Source: Candidatus Binatia bacterium (lineage in GTDB: Bacteria > Desulfobacterota > Binatia > HRBIN30). Taken from it: a stretch of DNA of 62,393 bases. Position 1 is the stretch's first letter. Every line of letters starts with the position of its first letter. Positions 1 through 8,020 of the stretch are shown in pieces. The notes below the pieces were generated by a model. That model did no database searches and was not told the origin of the DNA. It was given only the letters and a program-made list of their open reading frames with translations. A program made the position numbers and the translations under genes. The stretch is taken from assembly GCA_046757585.1 (NCBI GenBank), contig JBHHYR010000002.1, positions 1 to 62,393 of the forward strand, given 5' to 3'.

Positions 1-957
1 GAAGGGTCGGAGTGGGTGGTTCCGGGACGTGCCACCGCCGTGCTTCCTCCGGGCGCGGGCCCTTTCGATTTCGTCTTTCTGGCCACACAGCCGCCACAGG
101 TGGAAGAGGCGGCACGCTCAGCGCTGCCTTGCCTGGCCCAGCAGGGATTGATGGTGTGCTTCCAAAACGGCCTGTGCGAGCGGCGGGTCGCAGCAGTTGC
201 CGGGGCCCACCGTTGTCTAGGAGCCATCGTCGCGTGGGGCGGCTCGATGCGTACACCTGGCGTCTACGAGCGCACCTCCACCGGCGGATTCGTTGTCGGC
301 CGACTGGACGGAGCTTCCGATCCACGACTGCAACTTCTCCGGTCGGTGCTCGCTGCGGTTGCCCCAGTCGAGATCACCAGCAATCTTCTCGGCGCACGAT
401 GGAGTAAGCTGGCCATCAATTGCGCCATTAGTTCCCTGGGAACGATTGGTGGCGATCGCCTGGGTGCCCTGGTGCGGTACCGCTTCGCCCGTCGCTTGGC
501 GCTTGAGGTCATGACCGAGGTGGTAACTGTTGCGCGAGCGCGTCAGGTGCGCTTGGAGAAAATTTCCGGCACCATTGACCTCGACTGGGTGGCATTGACG
601 GCGGCGGAGCGTACCGCAGCTGGTTCTGCGTCGCTGATGGCCAAGCACGCGCTGCTGCTGGCGGTTGGTGCCAAGTACCGGCGCCTGCGCTCTTCCATGC
701 TCCTGGCGATCGAACGTGGTCGCGAGCCGGCAGTCGATTTTCTGAACGGAGAAGTGGTGTCGGCTGGGCAAGAGGTGGGGGTCGCAGTGCCGTTGAATGC
801 CCGCGTCGTCGAAGTTATCCGTGCGATCGCCGGCGGCGTCCTGCACCCAGGTATGCCCTTGCTGCGTGCGCTTTACGCAGCATCTCAGGGTGAACTGGGC
901 GCGCCGCCGGGGCATCCGGAACCGCCAGCCAGCGATTCTCCACCCCCTCCGGCGTGA
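1..957 (+). CDS. panE: 2-dehydropantoate 2-reductase (ketopantoate reductase, ApbA/PanE family), 5' end outside the window
   Basis: The frame is open from base 1. ORF 16..957 shows the KPR-family C-terminal pattern (NLLGARWSKLAINCAISSLGTI; MLLAIERGREPAVDFLNGEVV). The N-terminal GxGxxG Rossmann segment is absent, so the true start lies upstream. Confidence 0.8.
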   Translation, partial: EGSEWVVPGRATAVLPPGAGPFDFVFLATQPPQVEEAARSALPCLAQQGLMVCFQNGLCERRVAAVAGAHRCLGAIVAWGGSMRTPGVYERTSTGGFVVGRLDGASDPRLQLLRSVLAAVAPVEITSNLLGARWSKLAINCAISSLGTIGGDRLGALVRYRFARRLALEVMTEVVTVARARQVRLEKISGTIDLDWVALTAAERTAAGSASLMAKHALLLAVGAKYRRLRSSMLLAIERGREPAVDFLNGEVVSAGQEVGVAVPLNARVVEVIRAIAGGVLHPGMPLLRALYAASQGELGAPPGHPEPPASDSPPPPA

Positions 958-1014
958 GGGATATCGACAGCCAGCACGGTTCCTATGACACGAGTGACCG
1001 ACGGTGATCACCCG

Positions 1015-2781
1015 TCACGTTGTCTTGCGAGCGGTGGGGCCCCGAAGGTAAGTGCTGGCACGTTCGGGAGTGATGTTCCCATACCGGACGAGTTCATCGA
1101 ACAGGTCAAGTGCTACACGATCTCCGGACAGAATACCACGGGACGGGTGGGCGGTCAGATAGCGGTCGGTGAAGATCCGGGCCACGAGGGCCTTACGCGC
1201 AGAGCCGCGGTGCGTGAGCTCCCAAGACGCCTGCTCTAACAGTAAGGCGGCTTGAGTCAGGTCTGCGAGATAGCCGGTGATGGCGCGCGCATGGAGCTGC
1301 ACGGCATCTCGCTCCATCATCGCGACAGCGGTGAGGATCTCACGCACGTCGGCGAGTCCCGCCCGAACCGCTTCGACTGGAACAGCGAGGCCCTCATGTC
1401 GACTCTGCTCCAGTGCCGTATCGACGCGTGCCAGCAACGCGTCGTGCGCTCGCTCCTTCGTCATCGAGCGCAGGACGTCCAGGCAGATGACGTTTTCGGC
1501 GCCTTCCCAGATAGTGTGGCACTGGGCGTCGCGCAGCTGGCGAGCCAGCGGCCAGTTCTCGATATAGCCATTGCCGCCGTGCAGCTCGACGGCCAGGGAA
1601 GCGCACTGTATGCCGCGACGTGTGACTCGGAACTTGGCTAGGGGAACCAGGATGCGGCTCAATGCCCGTGCCTCGTTGCCCCCGTCTGTTGCTGCTGCGA
1701 ACACCATCGCCGCCGCCGCCTCGAGATCCACTAGCATGTGCGTGAGCTGCTCGCGCACCATGGGCTGGTTCCACAGGAGCTTGCCGAAGGCTTCGCGGTG
1801 TGCAACGTAAATCGCCGACTCGAGAAAGCAGCGGCGCATGATCCCCAGGCCCATGGTGGCAACGCCGATACGCGAGTCGTTGACCATCTCCATCATGCGA
1901 TTGAGCCCGCGGCCGTCCGGTACCGTCGAGCTTCCGGCCAGCAAGTACGCCTCTGCATCGCGCAGCTCGACTTCAGCAGTCGGCACAGATCGCGTCCCGA
2001 GCTTGTCCTTGATGCGACGGATGTGGATTGCGTTGTGGCGCCCGTTCCGCCTCCACTTCGGCACCAGGAAGAGGGCCAGTCCGCGGACCCCTGCCGGCGC
2101 CCCCTCGGGCCGCGCGAGCGCCATGATCACACCGCCATCGACGTTCGAGCAGAACCACTTCTCCCCGCTCAGGACCCAGCCGTCAGGGCTCAAACGGGCC
2201 GTCGTGGTGACGGCACCGCCGAGGTCAGAGCCGCCGAGCTTCTCTGTCAAGAACATGGAGCCGTCTATGGCATCGTCGTAACGCGTCGTGGTCATCCGGG
2301 CAAAGAATCGTTCTCGAACATCGGGGGGCGCGTACCGGTTGATCAGCGCCGCCGCGGCCGTCGTCATCCCCAGCGAGCACACCATTCCCGTGTCGGCCTG
2401 GCACACCAGGTACTGTAACGCCCGCAGAAGCACCGGCGGAACCGCGCGCCCCCGCCCTTTTGCTTCTTCACTCCACCGCAAGCCGAGAAAGCCCATCTCC
2501 CACAAGTCGCGTTTGGTGGCGAGGGCGGCTGGATGATGGACGACATGGTTCACCTCTTCACCCCAGCGGTCGTAGCGTTCCAAGCGCGGCGGGTTCTTAT
2601 CCACGATTTCGGCGCGTTCGGCGATGGGGCCGCCGCACACGGCGCCCATGCGTGACAAGTGGATGTCTGCCCACTCGCGGTCTTCGGCAGCGAGATGGAA
2701 GTCCATCAAGAAGTGAAGGTCGGGATCTACGTCGTACCAGTTCAATCCGCAGCCCTGCTCGAACCGTCCGTAGTCGATCAT
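1015..2781 (-). CDS. acyl-CoA dehydrogenase family protein (AidB-like long form)
   Basis: ORF 1015..2883 has ACAD-type motifs (GEKWFCSNVDGG; ELHGGNGYIENWPLARQLRDAQ). Start placed at ATG 2781 (MIDYGRFEQ...), which has AAGGAG 9 nt upstream. The 34 codons further upstream look like read-through. Confidence 0.8.
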   Translation of the reverse strand: MIDYGRFEQGCGLNWYDVDPDLHFLMDFHLAAEDREWADIHLSRMGAVCGGPIAERAEIVDKNPPRLERYDRWGEEVNHVVHHPAALATKRDLWEMGFLGLRWSEEAKGRGRAVPPVLLRALQYLVCQADTGMVCSLGMTTAAAALINRYAPPDVRERFFARMTTTRYDDAIDGSMFLTEKLGGSDLGGAVTTTARLSPDGWVLSGEKWFCSNVDGGVIMALARPEGAPAGVRGLALFLVPKWRRNGRHNAIHIRRIKDKLGTRSVPTAEVELRDAEAYLLAGSSTVPDGRGLNRMMEMVNDSRIGVATMGLGIMRRCFLESAIYVAHREAFGKLLWNQPMVREQLTHMLVDLEAAAAMVFAAATDGGNEARALSRILVPLAKFRVTRRGIQCASLAVELHGGNGYIENWPLARQLRDAQCHTIWEGAENVICLDVLRSMTKERAHDALLARVDTALEQSRHEGLAVPVEAVRAGLADVREILTAVAMMERDAVQLHARAITGYLADLTQAALLLEQASWELTHRGSARKALVARIFTDRYLTAHPSRGILSGDRVALDLFDELVRYGNITPERASTYLRGPTARKTT

Positions 2782-3095
2782 CACGCTTCGCTCCTTGGAT
2801 GGGAACCCTGACTTCGCTGGCAAAGGTAGTCCGAGAATCGCTAGCGTGCAACTCTGCGTGCGACGGTGCCACGTTGCGTCCACGGTGTTGGGACAGCAGC
2901 CGCTACGTGCCCCCGGGCGGCGCGCTCGTCATAACGGGGCGCATATGATCGTCGCGGCAGAAAGAGCGTGTGTGGCGGAGCCGGGACGCGTTTCGATGGG
3001 CCCCTGAGTTCGGATGGGGTACCTTGACTCGCGGCGCGATCCGTGGAAGCCATCAGCACCTGGGTTGGTACGGCGGTGGGCCGCCGGTTGAGGGA

Positions 3096-3857
3096 ATGGT
3101 GCTAAGCGTGCACAAGGAACGGTTCCGAGCCCTCCTGCGGGATGTGGCGCGCCGCATGGGCCTCACGGCGAGGACGGTGGACCAACTGGTGCGCAGCGCC
3201 CAGATGGGCCGCTGGAAGAAGGGACAGAATATATTCAGTCCCGAAGACACGGCGGATTTCGTCAACTTCCTGGTTGTCGGAGTCGTCAAGGTCAGCTGCC
3301 CGTCCGGTGCCGGCACGGTCTGCGTGCAGCTGATCCGCCCCGGCCAGTTCTTCGGTTTGAACTGGTATGCCGACAAAGGGCAGCCGCGCCTCTTTTCTGC
3401 CAGCGCATTTACGGATGCAACCGTTGCGATCATCACGAACGACATGATGGCCGAGCTGGTGGCCTCGTCACCCCCGCCCGGGGTGCTGGGGGTCGTGTCG
3501 TTCAGCTGGCGCGTCTTGAGCCGTTTGCTCTACGAAAAATGCTGCTTGCTAGGTCTGCGGCTCGAGGAACGTCTGATCCACCAGCTTGCCGTGCTTGCGC
3601 GTGACTTCGGTTGCGATGCCGACACGGGAATCTTGATCGATCTGCCGTTGACGCACGCCGACCTGGCTGAATTCGCACTGGCGTCCCGTGCCAACGTGGC
3701 CCGGGTGATGAAGCGCTTCGAGCGCGGGGGACTGATTGCAAAGGATCGGCGCAAGATTCTGATTACGGCGCGCTTCTTCGACCAACGTTACAACCCCGGT
3801 GTTTCGCAGATTCTTCGCGGCGACCTCGTGCCTTCACCGAGCCGCAGCATCGCGTAG
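3096..3857 (+). CDS. Crp/Fnr-family transcriptional regulator
   Basis: ORF 2970..3857 has a cNMP-binding-like beta-roll (FSPEDTADFVNFLVVGVVKV...QFFGL) followed by a C-terminal HTH (LTHADLAEFALASRANVARVMKRFERGGLI). The start is uncertain between 2970 and 3096; the internal ATG at 3096 was chosen. Confidence 0.7.
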   Translation: MVLSVHKERFRALLRDVARRMGLTARTVDQLVRSAQMGRWKKGQNIFSPEDTADFVNFLVVGVVKVSCPSGAGTVCVQLIRPGQFFGLNWYADKGQPRLFSASAFTDATVAIITNDMMAELVASSPPPGVLGVVSFSWRVLSRLLYEKCCLLGLRLEERLIHQLAVLARDFGCDADTGILIDLPLTHADLAEFALASRANVARVMKRFERGGLIAKDRRKILITARFFDQRYNPGVSQILRGDLVPSPSRSIA

Positions 3858-3897
3858 CAGCCTGTAGTCTCACGCAGCACAATAAATCCGCGCAATG

Positions 3898-3913
3898 TGT
3901 GCCGGAAGGCACA
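3898..3913 (+). promoter_or_regulatory. inverted repeat TGTGCC-GGAA-GGCACA, either a small hairpin or a Crp-family-like operator
   Basis: Perfect 6-bp arms with a 4-nt centre. It lies 40 nt downstream of the Crp/Fnr-family gene and about 85 nt upstream of the 3999 ORF. No U-tract follows. Confidence 0.25.
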
Positions 3914-3998
3914 GGGTGGGTCTAGGAGGCCTTCTGCGCCCCAGATACACTGCCGCCCGCTAGGGGGGCGGAGTCGAACTTAGGGAACGAGGAGAACC

Positions 3999-4361
3999 AT
4001 GGACGGCAACTTCGACCAAGATGCAGAATTTGACGAGTACTTGTGGCCGCTCAATGGCGAGGCCTCGGGGATCAACTTGGACCTATTGTCCGAAGAGCTG
4101 AGAATTCGCCAGCGACTGGCCGAAATCATGGCGCACGTGCGCGAAACACACTTACAGCCCCGACTGCGGCGCTGGGCCAGCCGACTCACTTGCGAGACGA
4201 CCAAGGCCGTCGCACAAGCCATCGTCGCGGGTCCCGAAGAAGGTCCGCCGTGGGAGCAGGCACTCGGGCACCCCGTGCCGCGCGCGCTCCGCGATGAGTG
4301 GCGCCAGCTGGCGTCCCGCTTGAGAGCGCTCAAGGCCGATCGCCGCCGGCACAGCGACTGA
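3999..4361 (+). CDS. hypothetical protein (120 aa, acidic N-terminus, Arg-rich C-terminus)
   Basis: ATG is preceded by GAGGAG at 4-nt spacing. No recognisable family motif. Confidence 0.5.
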   Translation: MDGNFDQDAEFDEYLWPLNGEASGINLDLLSEELRIRQRLAEIMAHVRETHLQPRLRRWASRLTCETTKAVAQAIVAGPEEGPPWEQALGHPVPRALRDEWRQLASRLRALKADRRRHSD

Positions 4362-4485
4362 TCGCTGACCGAGCGCACGTCGGGTTCGACGCCGTGTGGG
4401 GAAGACGGGGCGACCCTTACACCCTGTCGCATCTCCTGATCGCTGCTTTTCCGGTGCTGTCTTTGCAGGCGGCTCGGTCTTTCGG

Positions 4486-4514
4486 TTGACGCCCCGGACC
4501 GGCATTTGTACAGT
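4486..4514 (+). promoter_or_regulatory. possible sigma-70-type promoter (TTGACG-17 nt-TACAGT)
   Basis: The hexamers have 17-nt spacing and lie about 20 nt upstream of the GTG start at 4535. The -10 element matches in only 4 of 6 positions. Confidence 0.25.
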
Positions 4515-4534
4515 GCGCCAACGCTGGTACGCCT

Positions 4535-5236
4535 GTGGAATGGTTCCTGGTCACGCTGCAGATCTATCGGAAAGTCTTCACCCGTGCTGCCACTCTGGCT
4601 GTCAGAAACTGGGCCGTCCTGGGCAGCGTGTTCGTTTATTCCGCCGTCATGTCTGTGACTGTCGGGGTGTCATTGCGGCTTGGCATTCTCGGCGGCTTCC
4701 TCCTGAGCCTTGTTTGGGCGGCGTGTGTGGGGTCGTTCTTGTACCTCGTCGAGATGATTGTGCGTACCTCCAAGGTGAACCTGGAGGACTTCCGGCGGAG
4801 CTTTGGCATGTACCTGTGGGACGTCGTCGGCATCATGTTCGTCTTCTGGATGTTCTTCACGCTTGCGACCCCCGCACTGCTACAATTGCGTCAGGGCTTT
4901 CTCGTCCTCTTGTGCGCGCGCATTGCGATATTTGTTCTCTTCAACGCCGTCCCCGAGCTGATCTATTTGGGGCACCACTCGGCCCTTGCCCTGCTGTCGG
5001 AGAGCTATGCATTCATTGCTGCGAATTGGATCGAGTGGTTTCCTGCCAACCTGGCAGCGGCAGCGATCCTCTACGGCGTCTGGTCCCTGCCCGCTGACGG
5101 TGTGGGCGTCTACCTGCAACGTGCGGCCCTGGGATTGCTGGTGTACTTCACCATGGTGATGCGCGGGTTCCTGTTCATCGAGCTGAACGGCTCAACGCAT
5201 CGCGGCCGAGCCTTCAGGTATCGCGCCGGAGGATAG
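4535..5236 (+). CDS. hypothetical multi-pass membrane protein
   Basis: 233-aa ORF with about 6 long hydrophobic segments (e.g. LGILGGFLLSLVWAACVGSFLYLV; VVGIMFVFWMFFTLATPALL). No family recognised. Confidence 0.6.
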   Translation: MEWFLVTLQIYRKVFTRAATLAVRNWAVLGSVFVYSAVMSVTVGVSLRLGILGGFLLSLVWAACVGSFLYLVEMIVRTSKVNLEDFRRSFGMYLWDVVGIMFVFWMFFTLATPALLQLRQGFLVLLCARIAIFVLFNAVPELIYLGHHSALALLSESYAFIAANWIEWFPANLAAAAILYGVWSLPADGVGVYLQRAALGLLVYFTMVMRGFLFIELNGSTHRGRAFRYRAGG

Positions 5237-5250
5237 CGGCTGCCCTCCCC

Positions 5251-5278
5251 GGGGGAAGGGCAAGAGCACCCTTCCCCC
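5251..5278 (+). terminator. perfect 10-bp GC-rich hairpin between convergent ORFs
   Basis: GGGGGAAGGG-caagagca-CCCTTCCCCC lies 15 nt after the stop at 5236. The trailing U-tract is weak (TTCCGCGTTAT). Confidence 0.35.
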
Positions 5279-5300
5279 TTCCGCGTTATACGCGCCACCC

Positions 5301-5507
5301 TCACGCGGCGCGCTGTCGCAATTGCTTGTCGCCAGTGATGACGTGCCGTGGCAGTGGCTGGTGCTCTGACTGCGGCTGCCGGAGGGCATGGCAGACTACG
5401 ACCCACACGGGTGCCACGGCCACGAGCATGCCGAGGCAGGCCACAGTCGCGCTCATGGTGAATTCCACGGCGTTCGGCACAGGCGCTGTGAATAGGAGCC
5501 ATTCCAT
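5301..5507 (-). CDS. hypothetical small membrane protein (68 aa)
   Basis: AGAGGG sits upstream of the ATG. There is one hydrophobic helix (ATVACLGMLVAVAPVWVVVC). No homology recognised; it could be spurious. Confidence 0.3.
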   Translation of the reverse strand: MEWLLFTAPVPNAVEFTMSATVACLGMLVAVAPVWVVVCHALRQPQSEHQPLPRHVITGDKQLRQRAA

Positions 5508-5640
5508 TCGATTCCCTCTTTCGATTATGCCCGCCCGATTGCGTATGATCGGCGCGCTCGTTGAGAGGTGCTTCCGCTAGGCGCTCCCTTGCGGATCTGC
5601 CGGGGTCGGAAGGGTGCCAGCGGATAGGCTGCACATCTGC

Positions 5641-5907
5641 CTAGTGGACCATGCCGACGCTGCCGCTACGGCCCGCTTCTGCCATGAGGGCGGTTACGCC
5701 AGGCTCCCCGCTTCCGAGGAACCACTCCATCGGACGGCCCGTGTAGCATGCAATGCGAAACAACACCTCGGTCGACGGGATTCGTCCGTTGAGATAGTTG
5801 TAGAGAGCTGAAAGGCTGACACCGATCTCATAGGCAAATGCCTTCGGCTCATCAGCGACCACCTCCCGCAGACGTTGCGCTACCAGCTGTGCATTGATCT
5901 GACCCAT
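5641..5907 (-). CDS. XRE-family helix-turn-helix transcriptional regulator (88 aa)
   Basis: HTH_3-like core (FAYEIGVSLSALYNYLNGRIPSTEVLFRIACYTGRPMEWF). GGGGAGGG RBS lies upstream of the ATG. Confidence 0.75.
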   Translation of the reverse strand: MGQINAQLVAQRLREVVADEPKAFAYEIGVSLSALYNYLNGRIPSTEVLFRIACYTGRPMEWFLGSGEPGVTALMAEAGRSGSVGMVH

Positions 5908-5996
5908 TGTCGTTCCCTCCCCTCTGGGTCCTGCTCACGGCGCCGCGGGTGACCCACAGGCCGGTCGGTCCTTTCCGTACGGGGACATCAAAATGA

Positions 5997-6034
5997 CCAA
6001 ACAAAAAAGGCCACCGAGCTTGCGCCCGGTGGCC
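5997..6034 (-). terminator. rho-independent terminator, read on the minus strand
   Basis: Minus strand reads GGCCACCGGGC-GCAA-GCTCGGTGGCC followed by TTTTTTGTTTGG. This is an 11-bp stem with one mismatch, a GNRA-type loop and a strong U-tract. Confidence 0.7.
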
Positions 6035-6062
6035 TTTCGTCCTCAAAGGGTTGACTAGTTGT

Positions 6063-6284
6063 TTACAGTTTCCCCTCCCTTGGATGGCCACCGGACACCC
6101 AGCACGGGCTAATCTTGGCAGTGAGCGTATCCAGCATCGGTACGACACCTGCACGAGACGCCGCGCGGAAGCTCGCTGAGCTGCGCACCTGCCAGTGCGC
6201 GTCCCGCTGCCCGTGCTGCCCGTTCATGCTCGCGTATGTGTGTCGCATCCTCTGGAAGCTCTCGCTCACGTTGCTACAACGCAT
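6063..6284 (-). CDS. hypothetical small protein (73 aa); alternatively a non-coding transcript
   Basis: The ORF ends 29 nt before the strong terminator. Third-codon positions are GC-rich like neighbouring genes. The RBS is poorly spaced (AAGGAAAG about 12 nt upstream) and no family was recognised. Confidence 0.3.
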   Translation of the reverse strand: MRCSNVSESFQRMRHTYASMNGQHGQRDAHWQVRSSASFRAASRAGVVPMLDTLTAKISPCWVSGGHPREGKL

Positions 6285-6375
6285 TTAGCCACGGCTTTCC
6301 TTGCAATGCAAGCATGTCGTTTTTACGGTCGTTGAACGGTGAGCCGGTGTGAAAACTGTGTTATCGTAACCGGCG

Positions 6376-7515
6376 GTGGCGATCCTGAAAGCCAAAGTCC
6401 GCGTCGGCGTCATTTTCGGGGGGCGTTCCGGCGAGCACGAAATATCCATGCGCTCGGCGCGCTGCATTGTCGACGCGATCGATCGAAACGAGTACGCGAT
6501 CGAGTTGATCGGTATTGATCGCCGGGGCCGCTGGTATCTGCTCGATGAGCCTGCGTTCCGCCAGCTGACCCAAGCTGCCCTTCCAGGCTTCGACGGAATG
6601 GGTACCGAGGTCATCCTTCCGCCAGTTCCTGGTGCGAGACAGCTCCTTGATCGTGCCCGAACCACGGCTCAGGTTGGTCAACTGGATGTTGTCTTCCCCG
6701 TCCTGCACGGGACCTACGGAGAAGACGGCACAGTGCAGGGCGTACTGGAGCTGGCGGACGTTCCTTACGTTGGGGCTGGGGTGCTGGGCTCCGCCATCGG
6801 GATGGACAAGGACGTGCAGAAACGCTTGCTGCAAGCCGCTGACATTGCAATTGTCCCGTTCTTCACGATGACCAGGTCTCAGTGGGCCGCGGGGGTCGAA
6901 GCGGTTGTCGCGCGCGCTGTCGGGCTTGGCTTCCCAGTGTTTGTGAAGCCTGCAAACCTCGGATCGTCCGTCGGGATCAGCAAGGTGAAAACCGTCGATG
7001 CGCTACCACCGGCGGTAAGTAGCGCGTTGGAATACGACACGAAGGTGCTGATCGAAAAGGGCCTTGATGCACGGGAGATCGAGTGCGCGGTGCTTGGCAA
7101 TGACGATCCCAGGGCGTCGGTTCCCGGGGAAATCTGCCCGCGTGCGGAGTTCTACTCCTACGAAGCGAAGTATGTCGATACGCATGGTGCCACGCTCCGC
7201 ATTCCCGCACCGCTGGCGGAATCGGATACGGTGGCCGTGCAAGAGCTCGCCGTGCGCGTGTTTCAACTCCTCGACTGTGCGGGTATGGCGCGGGTTGATT
7301 TCTTTCGCGAACGTGCCAGCGGCAAGCTCTACGTCAACGAACTCAACACCATTCCGGGCTTCACCACCATCAGCATGTATCCCAAATTATGGGAAGCGTC
7401 CGGTATCCCGTACACAGAACTCGTGCGCCGACTGATCGATCTGGCGCTCGAACGTCACGCCCAGCGGAACCGCCTCCGGCGGGCCTACACCCCGAGGGTC
7501 GCCGGTCGGGAGTGA
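6376..7515 (+). CDS. ddl: D-alanine--D-alanine ligase
   Basis: Canonical Ddl pattern: VGVIFGGRSGEHEISMRSA, VFPVLHGTYGEDGTVQG, FPVFVKPANLGSSVGISKV, YVNELNTIPGFTTISMYPKLW. Confidence 0.95.
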   Translation: MAILKAKVRVGVIFGGRSGEHEISMRSARCIVDAIDRNEYAIELIGIDRRGRWYLLDEPAFRQLTQAALPGFDGMGTEVILPPVPGARQLLDRARTTAQVGQLDVVFPVLHGTYGEDGTVQGVLELADVPYVGAGVLGSAIGMDKDVQKRLLQAADIAIVPFFTMTRSQWAAGVEAVVARAVGLGFPVFVKPANLGSSVGISKVKTVDALPPAVSSALEYDTKVLIEKGLDAREIECAVLGNDDPRASVPGEICPRAEFYSYEAKYVDTHGATLRIPAPLAESDTVAVQELAVRVFQLLDCAGMARVDFFRERASGKLYVNELNTIPGFTTISMYPKLWEASGIPYTELVRRLIDLALERHAQRNRLRRAYTPRVAGRE

Positions 7516-7517
7516 GG

Positions 7518-8009
7518 TCAGTCCGCTTCGTGTCGTGCGAGCAGGCCCGCGGCAGCTCGCAGGCCGAGAAGGTAGCTATCGGCACCAAACCCGACGATCT
7601 GTCCGACGGCCATGTCGGCGATCAGCGAGCGGTGACGAAAGGCTTCGCGTGTGTAGATGTTGGACAAGTGCACTTCGACGACCGGAACCGCTGCGGCCAG
7701 GAGCGCGTCGCGAATGGCCACGCTGGTGTGGGTATATGCTCCCGCATTGATAATGATTCCGTGGACGGAGCTGCCAGCAGTCTGGATACGATCGACGATC
7801 TGGCCTTCACTGTTCGACTGAAACGTTTCCAGGCTCACGCCGAGCTCTTCTGCCAGTGTGGCGAGCCGAGCATCGATCTCGGCGAGCGTTGCGTGGCCGT
7901 ATGTTGCCGGCTCGCGCACCCCGAGGAGGTTCAGGTTGGGGCCGTGCACGACAAGAATGCGCCTGCGTGCACGCGAGTGAGGAGCGGCGCGCTTCCGCGT
8001 CTGAGCCAT
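7518..8009 (-). CDS. aroQ: type II 3-dehydroquinate dehydratase
   Basis: [40 protein letters not shown] and [16 protein letters not shown] are hallmark AroQ motifs. Confidence 0.95.
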   Translation of the reverse strand: MAQTRKRAAPHSRARRRILVVHGPNLNLLGVREPATYGHATLAEIDARLATLAEELGVSLETFQSNSEGQIVDRIQTAGSSVHGIIINAGAYTHTSVAIRDALLAAAVPVVEVHLSNIYTREAFRHRSLIADMAVGQIVGFGADSYLLGLRAAAGLLARHEAD

Positions 8010-8020
8010 GGCCGGGCGTG

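Noticed and set aside
6040-6300. Possibility that the terminator-flanked unit is a known housekeeping ncRNA (6S, tmRNA, RNase P RNA, SRP RNA) or a riboswitch for ddl
   Set aside because: Reading both strands, I could not find the conserved cores of these RNAs: no tmRNA tag or CCA end, no RNase P P4 motifs, no SRP GGAA/AGCA loop context, and no B12-box or similar. The long-range complementarities I saw are not mutually nested. It is kept only as an unclassified unit in the findings.
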